Position numbers and translations under genes: made by a program. DNA of 49,815 nucleotides, filler included, from Streblomastix strix (lineage: Eukaryota), in the NCBI GenBank assembly GCA_008636045.1. It is 3 parts of 3 records of this genome, joined end to end, with 100 filler letters (N's around TTAATTAATTAA, not from the genome) between each part and the next. Parts side by side here need not be neighbours in the genome. Positions count along the whole stretch, not along the records: positions 33,294 to 49,815 come from SNRW01000798.1; 2 more parts are not named here. One strand, given 5' to 3'. How positions within the stretch are numbered: the first letter of the stretch is position 1; each line of letters starts with the position of its first letter. Below are positions 38,934-49,815 of the stretch, piece after piece. Below the pieces are notes generated by a model. It did no database searches. It was not told where the DNA came from and saw only the letters and a program-made list of their open reading frames with translations.

Positions 38934-41900
38934 CTTGAAAATATATTTTTAATTTTTTTAATTATTGTTCACAATAATAATTTATTTCAAATGAATTAAT
39001 AAAAAATTGCTAAATTGTTTTAAATAGTAATAATAGCGATCAAAGGTGATTTATAAATCTTAAATATTAAAAAACTTAACTTTAAGTATTAATTATTATA
39101 AACAATATTTATAATATAAATTAAATATTATAATTTTTGCTTATTTTTACAACCGAGGCAAATCGAAAAATTTGCAACTCCAAATATTGTTTAAAAATTA
39201 TTTTAAATATATTTAAATAAAAAAAAGTGATGTATTGTTTATGAATGGACATTCCTACATTAACAAAATTTGTTCAATTATATTATTTTTAAAATTTTTT
39301 ATTGCATTAAAAAATTTCGATATTTAATCATTAAATATATATTGGTTTTGACTTTTTGAAAGTAAATTTGAATAAATTTCAGAAGATATTGGAAATCTTT
39401 GAAAAAATTTTAAATAATAATAATTAAATATTTTTTTTATTAAAAATTTAGCAAATATTTTTAAACTATAAATATTTTACTTTATTAATCATTAAGAATA
39501 TTAATTAATAAATAAAAATTAATTTTTTTGTTTATTTCTTTCCTTTAAATTTTTTAATTATTCAAACTTCTTTCTCTTCTTGATGCAACTGTTTCATTTC
39601 AATAAGATTTTTCAAATATTTCTTTATATTTTCTATTTTAAGCATCATTTTCGTTTCTTTTGTTATTTCATTCTTTTTAACTTTTTATATTCTATTTTTT
39701 CTTCAGTTTCAATTCCAAATTCACTCCATCCTAAGTATTTTTCATATAAGTCATATGCAGACATTGAGCAATCATTTGATTCGAATCTTATATCATCATT
39801 AGCTTCTGTAGTTTTTCATTCTCGTAATTAAAAGTATTTGTTGATTTTGTGTTATAGAAGATAAAGAAGAAGAACATAATGAAGAAATTAATGATGCTAA
39901 TTATGAAAAAATCTATCGTGTTAGTCAATCTGTGCATAAAATTGTGATGAAAATTTATAATTTTCTTCAACTTCTTTAAAAATATCTGTAATAATTTTCT
40001 TATATTCATCTATTTTATTTTATTTTATTTCAATAAAAATTTATAATTTTCTTTCAATTTTTCTAATTAATGCTTTTCTAAAGACTTTTTTTTAATCATT
40101 ATTAATTCATTTATTTAATGTTTCTCGAAATTTTCGTCAGTTTAATCTCTTTTATTTACGAATATCTATTTTGAAGGTTTTAAATTGTTTTTATTTAAAT
40201 CAATTTTTTGATATTTTCACCAATACAATCTGGAATTAAGGCAAACATATGACTATAATTTTCATGTTTTATTATAGTATTTGAAAACATTTATTGAAGT
40301 TGAATAAAATAAAATGAATATTTATTAAATTTCTTTATAATTATACTTTTATTATCTCACTATCAAGCGCTTATTGTACTGTAGTGCTAAGACCTTCATT
40401 TAATGCTTTCCGAAAAGTGTTAAAATGTCATTTGTTGAATATCTAAATATCTCTTATAATCTTTGTTTCAGACTAGCGTTCACCACTCAATCAAGAGGCT
40501 AGGTTATATGTGATGTATGAGATGAAATTACTATTACGTCAAATTTATTTGCATTAAATGTCAATTTTAATTAATTAAATAAATATATATACTTTTTGAA
40601 TTATTCCGAAATTTTGAAATATGTACTATAACTAATTTTTCTCTTTAACGAACAATTCCTACTTATTTAAAAATTGTCTAAATAAAATTTGTAATTAATA
40701 AATTTTGAATGATAATTTATTAAAAATAAGAATTTTTGTTGTATACATATATTCATACAAAATTACTCCAATCCGTTATTCTCTGTTATTTAAATTTTAT
40801 ATAAAGGATAGTCGATAAATTATTTAATTTTATTTAAATATATTTTCATTTTCTAATATTAATAATATAAAAATTATCAAAAACTATTACAACTAATGCT
40901 TTATTAAGTATTCACATATGTCTAGTACAAAATTAATTAATAATAATTCATAAAATTAAAATAAAAAATTATAATAAAATAAAAATTAAATTCAATTTTT
41001 TTTAATTTTCTTTGTTTCAAATAATATAAAAATTTTGTTACATTTTCATCGTTTAACGTTTAAACAAGACTCATCAGCGTTCCATATTTTCTTTTGCACG
41101 TATCTACTATTCTATTTTAAGAGCTGAATCATTAAATTTGTTCGATATTAGATAAATTAATACATAAGTTTAAAGTAAATATATTATAAGAGGTCGAATA
41201 AAAGTGCGTATTAAGCACGTTTTTTCAATATAAATAAATAACTTATATTTTTTATATAAATTAATTTTAAATCGCATATTTTTATAAAATTTTTAAATAC
41301 AAATTGGATTATGAGAATTTTGAATTTTTTGATATTTTTTCAAAATATTGTTTTATTTCTAGTTTTTTATTCGTCGTTCTCCAATAGCATAGAGTAAACT
41401 GAGTTTTAGATGTCTATTTGAATAAGAGAACATGAGAAGCAAGTTTTAATTTCCTAAAGTGAAATATCATCAAGGATAGTTAGAAAAATTCGCTTCATTC
41501 AATTTTATGTAGGAATTTTCATAGATAATCTTATGAGCAACGAGAAACATTTCTCAATTCAAATAGTCACATCATTATTGCTTCATTTTTTTTAATACTT
41601 ATTTTTCTAACTTATTTTGTTTTAATTATTCATAATTCACTGTTTAAAATAAAATAAAATGTAGTATAATGCAATAAAAATGTTACTTAATTTATTGTAT
41701 CTTTGTATATATAAACTTTATCAAGAATTTAATCTAGTTCAATCAGGATAATGACTATTTCATCTTACTATATCATTTAAATGTTCACCGTTTGCATATT
41801 TTAAATAGAATATTCTAGTATAATATTCTACTTCATCATTTGTATCATCTACGAGATGCCATATTACATAATTTTCAACTCAATGTTGCAATCAAAAGAT

Positions 41901-42661
41901 GATAAAATTTTCAAATGAGGTTGAAATTCTGGAAACTCTGCAAATCCAAAATGTAGTATTATTGATGAATCTAACAAACAAAAGAAAAATAAAATATAAA
42001 TGAATAATATATAATGTTTTAATGAACAAAAAATTCGATTCAAAAACTTATTTTGTGGAAATTGAATCATTAGTAACATTTATGAAATAATTGTGTTTGC
42101 ATGGCAGGTACTATAAGGAAATTATTAGTTTTAAATTGTATAAATGGTATATGATAAGAAAAACGTACTTTAAATATTTTGTTAAACTTTCAGTGCACAT
42201 CCTTATCGGCATTTGTGTATTTGCTATTTCAGATGGATTTGTAATTATATATCAAAATTTAAACAACATTTATTCAAAAATTGCAGTTAAAATGAATAGG
42301 TGATGAAAAACTTAAAACTAAGTTTTTTTCGTCGAGGAGGGCGTGTGCTACATATATATGCCGTAATTAAAGTTGTTTCGCAAAATGATAGCATACAAAA
42401 AACGTAAAATGCACCGATGTCATCGATGAGGGGCACTTTGACATTCATGCCCTGTCAAGCATGGTATTCCTAGAAGAAAGTGTTAAAATAAAAAAAAAAG
42501 AAAAATTTTAAATATTGAAACAATTTGTCTAATTCTTATGATAATTTTGTATAATAACAATAATAAAATTAAAAAATTTGAATGAAACATAAAAAAAATT
42601 GAAACTGAGAAATTTATTATATAAATTTCTAATCTATTCAGCCTGACCGAAAAAATTAACC

Positions 42662-42992
42662 ATGGGCATTGGACTGTGGGACGTTATCGTAATCATCTTT
42701 TGCATCATCTTTCCACCTATTGCTGTGATACTGATGCACTTCAGTGTGTTCTGTCGGCTTATTTTTGAGTTTCTTTATTATTTTACCACTCACAGTCCCG
42801 CAAGTGAAAAAGGGATTCGACTTCCTGCTGTGGCTGATTATAACGATAATTTGTACTATCTTTGCATGGCTCCCCGGTATTATTATCGCTTTCCTCATCT
42901 AGTATGCGCATTTTTTATATTTTTCAAGATTAAATCAATATTTTGTGCTAATCTCATTTTGCATTATCATCAGCTTTGGCGTCTGTGGATGA
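42662..42992 (+). CDS. PMP3: Pmp3/RCI2 (UPF0057) plasma-membrane proteolipid, 3 exons (42662-42743, 42796-42901, 42974-42992)
   Basis: Spliced translation: MGIGLWDVIVIIFCIIFPPIAVILMHFIPQVKKGFDFLLWLIITIICTIFAWLPGIIIAFLIYFGVCG*. Contains the Pmp3 signatures I.PP..V and W.PG.I.A, two hydrophobic helices and GT-AG introns. Confidence 0.88.
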
Positions 42993-43672
42993 ACATGATA
43001 TTTGCAGCTACGAGCTACACTAACTTCTACTAATAGAAGCGTACACTTATGAACAGAAGAATATAGTTTTAAATTTAGTATTATTTATTCACCTCCTATA
43101 GTAATAATATTAGTTCTAAAATTTATATCAAAGCATTAATTTCTAGAGTAATAATACAAAATAATTTTAATTGTAACAAACAAATATTTTATTATTTTTT
43201 CACAAAATTCTAATTTCTTAACATTGAACATTGCAATTTGTAAATGGTTTTAATATATTTTATTGATGATGCGAACCCCAAGAGAATTTCATTAAACATC
43301 TTACATAGCAATCATTTTTAAGTGTTATAATAATAATTTTAATAAAAATCATCTTTTTCTTTGTTTGAGTAAATAGTTTCATTAGCTATCAGACAATTGA
43401 ATTTATTAATAATGTTTATTAGATTATTTTATAATTAAATTTGTATATTTTTTTACCAATTACTGCTACCAATCTAGTAATATTTTTTTTTTGAATATTA
43501 ATCTGTTTTCAGTGTATTGCGGAAATTATTTGGAAAAGAATTTAACTTTTTTTGTTGGGAAATAATTTAAGTAATTTTATTATCACATATTGATTAGATT
43601 TTTAATGTTTATTTCTGTGTATTTAATATTTTTTTTTATTTACATAATTTTTTGTTTTTAGATAGTTTTCTT

Positions 43673-46600
43673 ATGTAAGATATTCAACTGAAGGGCTAAA
43701 ATCAGCATGTCTGGAGCGATTGTATGATATATTTTATCTAGTTTTATTTTGACAACTGATATTTCCTTTTTTGATCTTATTCATTTTTTAATTCAGATGA
43801 ACTTATCAAAGAACTTTCAAGTGGTGCATTCAGTTGTGTTTTACAAATGAGACTGATTGAAACTGGAGATACTGTGGTTATCAAACGTCTTCCATATACT
43901 GATCCAGAGTAGAAACGATTGGCTGATGAAGAAGTTGAGTAATTGAAAAGAATTCAATCGAGATATGTTGTGTAATTCATTGAAGCATTTCCATTTGATA
44001 AATTTCTTTGTATTGTCATGGAATTCTGCAGTGGAGGAAATCTACGGAATGAAATTGATAATAAAATGAAGCAAATGACAATCATAGATAGGAAAATGGT
44101 ATTGAAATTACTAATTATTATTCATTCTTTGATTTAATTTAACTCGTACGTGTTTATTACAGCAAACATACAAACACATGTTCTACATCCTGTCTGGTTT
44201 ACAAGTTCTTCATTAATTGGGTATTATACACCAATGTTTAAGTCCAGAGAATATTCTGCTTGACAAAGACGGAAATTCTAAATTATGTTTGTTTATTTAA
44301 TTCTTTTTATTTTTATTATTATTTATGTTTTGTATCTCATTTTGATTTAACTTATTAATGCAGCACACTTTGTGTCATCTTAGAATATAACAGACAAAGA
44401 TTAACTGGGGACAATTGAAACAAAGTATAAAAATAAGAATGAAATTTATTTTAAAAATATTTTATAATATAAATATTTTATTCATGAATTTTTCAAATAT
44501 TATTTGTATTTTTATTTTATTATTAACTATAAACCAGAATTTACACTTCACCCGAAGCATTTGTTCTTAATATGTATGAATATTATAGAATAGAATAAAA
44601 TAAGAATTATTTATTGGTGAAATTTATTCATAATTAGCATTTTGTTTATATTTTTTATTATTATCATTATTTTTATATATTTATTAGGATAACTGCTGAA
44701 TGTAATATCTGGTCTGTTGGTGTGATTATCATAGAAATGATTACTGGATAATATCCCTTTGAGGGATAAACACAATAAGAGTCAATTTAAAACATTAAAA
44801 ATGGGAATTACACTCCACTTCCTGATTATATTGATGGAGACTTGAAAACAATGCTGGTTAATATGCTGAACTTGGTTTGTAATTTGCTATAATATATTAT
44901 TCTTATATATTAGTATCCTTAATTTTTGAAATATATATAATAATTCCTAATTTTTATTTATAATTCATTTTCCAGGATCCAAATCAAAGACCTTCAGCAG
45001 AATAACTTCTTAACTCTGAACTGATGCAATTATAAGCATAAATGTAGAATAATACCAAAATTTAACCATAAATAATTAATGATAATAAAGAAACGGACAG
45101 TTAAAAAAGTATACATGATCAATAAAATCCATTTTCCAGGGTCGTTTCATCAGCTTCATTATCACAATCTCCTCCATGTGAAAAATAATACAAATAAACA
45201 AAGTTAAAATAAACAATCTTACACAAATACAGCAAATCTATATCAACTATTCCGCAGAAAGAGAAGGTATCTTTAACCAGTTTTGATATAGCTCATTAAT
45301 TACTGGATTTGGAAAGTACTTACACTGATACTTTTATTTAATCAGATGAAGCTGATTCAGAAACAAACAATTTGTAAACTTTAAATCAATTTCAGTAATA
45401 ACAACGTAATAGACAATCTAATCCTTCTTATATACACTCATAACCCAATTCAATTCACAAACCACAATAGAAGAGATATTCATTGCCAGGATAATATCAT
45501 AGTTTGATTCAGTAAGTTGACGATTACGAAATAATGAAGAAAAAAGATGAAAATTCCTGTTTATAAAGAATAGCTGATGTTCTTAGCCAGAAATCGACTG
45601 AGAATTAGCTTGAATTACAGCAGTTAATAGAAGAGTAGGAAAACGCATGTAAAGAACTGATATAAAGACTGAAAGACTCAAAAGATATTCAACTTCAGTA
45701 GGAAGATGATGATTGTTGGCTATTGACAGTTGTACTTGAAGATAAATAGGATGACTCACTTCGATAGAAAATAGTTGACTTGGAGATTGTTGAATCACTT
45801 CTGATAATTTTCCTTAATAGAAGTCTTGAACTGATAACAAAACCTTTTTCTGAATGTTTCTCCTCGCTAACAAATCAATCTTCCAATGAAATTAATCAGA
45901 TTATAATCTCATTAAATCCATATCCTTCGTTATTTCGCCTGATCGATCATGAAAACATTGATATCGCATAAGATGCATTATTCTCCATCTCAAATTTGAT
46001 ATAAACAGGATCATAAACAACTTCATCAAAAATTCCACATCCTCATTTCACTATAATCACTGAGTGCACTGGAATAGAAAAGATTTATCAACTATTCAAA
46101 AGAAATGAAAACAATAAATATTTAAGAGATGTTGCAGCATATTCAATTGGTCAATTGTTCAGAGTTAGATAAATAGATAATAATGAAATGTAGAAAGATA
46201 TAATAAAATAATTAATCTCATTAATAATATTTGATCAAGAGAATAATCAGAAGAAGAATTCGACTGCTGCACTCAATGGACTGGCATAAAATGATGGTAT
46301 GTTTTTATTTTATTAATTTGTATTTTTATGATAAATATATAAATATTTATAAAAATAATACTTAATAATTATTAATTTAATTATTAAATTCTATATTTAA
46401 TATATTTAATAGAGAATTTCAATGAGATAATAAAATATATTAACATGGAGGACATTTCTCGAGATTTGGGAAAGAATATTGAAGGAAACGTTGATGAAAT
46501 GAAAAAGACATAATAATAACAAGAAGGGAATTGCTTATTACTGACATCCATATTATTGGATAGAAAAGATAATTAGCTCAGATAGAAGATAATCAATTCA

Positions 46601-47949
46601 AGAATAGCAGAAACACTCCTTCACATATTCCTTAATAGAAATTTAGAGCTAATAACATAACCTTTCTCCAAGTTATTCCATTTATTGACACTTCCATCCT
46701 CAGATGAAATTAAAATACTCTTATTCAATTAATAACCATATCTACCTATAATCCGTTTATTAGATCATAATGACTGTGAAATTGTTGAACATGCTATATA
46801 TTCCATCTCAAACATACTCCATGTTGGTTCAAATACAGAATCACTAAGTTCTCAACATCCACATTTCAATGTTATTTTCCAATCTAATGGAATCAATAAG
46901 ATATTTAAGTTATTGAATAGAGATGATTTAAAGCAATAGACACAAAATGTAGCAGCTGAATGTTTAGGATTCTTATTCCAAGCTCGTGAGGTAACAGATG
47001 ATGTGATGAAATCTACCATTGTATCGTAATTAATATCGACATTGTATAATCCTGATAATAATTAGAAGAACAATGCAAAATATGCTCTTATAAGACTAGC
47101 TCAAAATAATTGTTTGTTTATTTAATATAATTATATTACTTACATACAATAAACTAATTTATATATTTATAATTATTAATTTGTATATCATCATTTTTTC
47201 AAATTTTTAATTTTTCATTTATTTTATATAATCATATCAAAAATAAAATAGAAAATCTAGCTGAGATAACAAAAGATATTGATTTAGAACAGATTGGAAA
47301 GAATTTGAAAATGAAGATTCAAGGAAGTGAATAAGAGTAAAAAGATATTCAAACCCAACAAGAAGGAGATTGTCTTCTATTAATATCAATATTAGATAAT
47401 CAAGATGATGATAAAATTAGACTATAAATTGTTAATTCAGGGATAGTTGAATCTCTGCTGCTAATCTTTCTTAATCGAAGCTTAGATTTAATATATCAAC
47501 CATTCGCCGAGCTCTTCTTATAAATAACAGATGCAGAAGATTAAATCAACCAACATATATTCGCTAAGAATCCATATCCTTCACTTCTCCGTTTACTTGA
47601 TCATGAAAACACTCAAATTGTAGAAGATGCTTTACTGTCTATCTACAATATTCTTACTTCAGGATCAAACACAACATCAGTTTAATCTCCGCATCCTCAT
47701 TATGATGTAATCCAAGTTAATAGAGGAGCAGAAAGGATATATCAACTATTCAAAAGAACAGATATAAGGAAAATTGTGAAAGATTCTACAGCTGAATGTT
47801 TAAGCCATATTTATAAAGCGCGTTAAATTAATAATGATGAAATGAAGGAAGAAATTATTAGTCATCTGGAATCAATGTCTAATGATATTGAGGATGATAA
47901 TAAGGAGAAAATAAATCAAATTCTTCTTGGGCTTAAACAGAAATAGTGA
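43673..47949 (+). CDS. NEK-like protein pseudokinase with three C-terminal ~230-aa ARM-like repeat units, 9 exons
   Basis: Exons start at 43673, 43797, 44163, ~44364, ~44538, ~44688, 44976, 46413 and 47252. Kinase subdomains: ELSSGAFSCV, VVIKR, IVMEFCSGGNL, IIHQCLSPENILL, SHFV, YTSPE, NIWSVG, DPNQRPSA. Repeats of the form 'GIVESLL.IFLNR.L...PYP.L.RLLDH....HPH' follow. TGA at 47947-47949. Confidence 0.88.
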
Positions 47950-48183
47950 TTGTATGCTTTAATTATTATATAAATGTTTAATATGATAAAATTTAAGTAA
48001 ATTTTTATATTTGATATTTTATATATGTTATTTGTTGTCTATATAATATATTTAGATAATATCACCGAGGTCGTGAAAATAAGATTAATTTATACATAGA
48101 TATTTCAATTATTTATTTATTTATTTTATTATTTCATTGTATTTGTATAATATATGTATTTATAAATCTTTTATACCAATTTG

Positions 48184-48537
48184 AATAAATTTTCTTTAAT
48201 AAATTCATGTGTTAATTCTCTTTTAAACTGATGTTTTTCTATATTTTTCATTAACATTTTTATCTTATTTTAAAAATTTTAATATTGATCTGCATATAAA
48301 GTTTATTTATNNNNNNNNNNNNNNNNNNNNNNNNNNNNNNNNNNNNNNNNNNNNNNNNNNNNNNNNNNNNNNNNNNNNNNNNNNNNNNNNNNNNNNNNNN
48401 NNNNNNNNNNAATAAATTTTCTTTAATAAATTCATGTGTTAATTCTCTTTTAAACTGATGTTTTTCTATATTTTTCATTAACATTTTTATCTTATTTTAA
48501 AAATTTTAATATTGATCTGCATATAAAGTTTATTTAT
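48184..48537. other. Scaffold gap (48311-48410) flanked by an identical 127-bp duplication
   Basis: 48184-48310 equals 48411-48537, consistent with an unmerged assembly overlap. Confidence 0.85.
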
Positions 48538-49463
48538 CACTATCCCAAATATCTTTTTATTACTCTATAATCACTTGTCAAGCTTTTTACAAATTTTATT
48601 TTTGAGGGAATTATTTTTATAAAATGAGATATTATTCATATTTATTAATCATATTCGTTTAACATTATTCTTTTTTGTACTTAAACCTTCTGAATCTCAT
48701 ACTTATTAAATATAATGAGATGAAATACATCAACATATCATTTTTAAATTAATTTTAAAGGAATTTATTTTATAAAATATATAAGAGATAGTGCTTTTTG
48801 GGCTATTATTAAAATATAGATTCGAAAAAAAGCAATGATTCTTATAATATGACATAATGCAAAGAATCATTGATTATTTATTTAGTTATGTATTCTTCTA
48901 AATATATATAAGTAGAATAATAACCAATACTCATCGATAAAAGATTTTGATTGGTAATATTATAGAATATCCATTATGACAATAAGGTAAAGTAAGTTAA
49001 ATTAAGATAAAATGATTTAATTTGATTAAAATTAAAATTGATTTACAAAAATAGTGCAAATTCACAATTCAGAATGGTTAGCATCAATTAAAGTAAAATA
49101 AAATCCTTCTGATTTTGTACAAGTTTGGGAAAGGGCAAGAGCTACAATAATGCATATTCCAGTAGTTTTGTATGTATTTTTTATATTCTAATAATTTTTT
49201 ACCTCCAACAATTAATGAATATAAATATATATGTGTATTCGTGATATTAGAGTATTTATATTATTAAAAATTAATAATTATAAAATACTTAATTATTTAA
49301 CACACAAAATCCATTCGATTACATAGGATCTAATACGGACATATAACGACTCATTTCTTCACTAACAAAATCAATTAATCTATTTTTTGTTGATTTCAGA
49401 CGTAGTAAAAACACAAAAATTTTTATTGTATAACGTCCAACATATTTTTTAAAATGCTAGGAT

Positions 49464-49630
49464 TAGGGCTGTTAAAATTCGTCAAATCTATTTCAAATGA
49501 CGGATGAGGTTGTCTAAGATATTTTTATTTTTGACGAATCATACTTTTCAATCAATTCTCTTTTAAGATGTGCAAGCATTGATGCATGTATAACTATTTG
49601 TTTTGAATGGCATTTATTTGACAGCTGCTA
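49464..49630. mobile_element. Short hAT-like MITE
   Basis: Left end 'tagggctgttaaa' and right end 'tttgacagctgcta' form an imperfect TIR. Internal 'ttcgtcaaa' / 'tttgacgaa' inverted motif. Confidence 0.4.
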
Positions 49631-49815
49631 TAATCCTACAATATTTATATATAATATAAAAAATAGGTTGAATTTAAAATTTTTAAAAAATAAATAATCT
49701 TTTTATATGTATTAAAAATTATTAAAAATAAATTAAATTTAATTTTTAAAATGTAACGTAATTGTTGATCAGTGAGATATGTAAATAAAAATGAATTATG
49801 AAATTTATTGAAATA

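Noticed and set aside
39500..42080. Minus-strand coding-like fragments (e.g. SAYDLYE...YLGWSEF; FGFAEFPEFQPHL)
   Set aside because: Frameshifted or interrupted by TGA with no recognisable family; cannot support a call.
42662..43033. 123-aa unspliced ORF from the track
   Set aside because: Reads through two introns; the spliced 68-aa product fits the Pmp3 family.
48184..48537. 127-bp tandem direct repeat
   Set aside because: Identical copies directly flank a 100-N gap, indicating an assembly overlap artefact.

Overview
Very AT-rich eukaryotic DNA with spliceosomal GT-AG introns. It uses a reassigned nuclear code in which TAA/TAG read as Gln and only TGA is stop, so the supplied standard-code ORF track is fragmented and mostly misleading. 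The code, intron style and gene families suggest an oxymonad such as Streblomastix strix (inference). The window is three unrelated ~16.5 kb contigs joined by artificial N-TTAATTAATTAA-N linkers (16560-16659, 33194-33293). Contig 1 holds two rearranged copies of a composite repeat carrying a decayed DIRS-type reverse transcriptase, a 5-exon Atg8-family gene lacking the C-terminal Gly, and a tyrosine recombinase remnant followed by a hairpin/inverted-repeat array. It also holds a MITE-like element, an acidic-tailed hypothetical gene and an intronless tandem PNPOx-like flavoprotein gene. Contig 2 is almost entirely one 5'-truncated, apparently intronless minus-strand reading frame of >5,460 codons. 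It encodes six midasin-type AAA+ modules, a long linker with a beta-rich region, and an unusual tail of three VWA domains with a GATase-like fold between the last two. Contig 3 holds a lineage-specific hypothetical gene, a Pho80/Pcl-type cyclin, a Pmp3 proteolipid, a NEK-like pseudokinase with exon-encoded ARM-like repeats, and hAT-like MITE ends.
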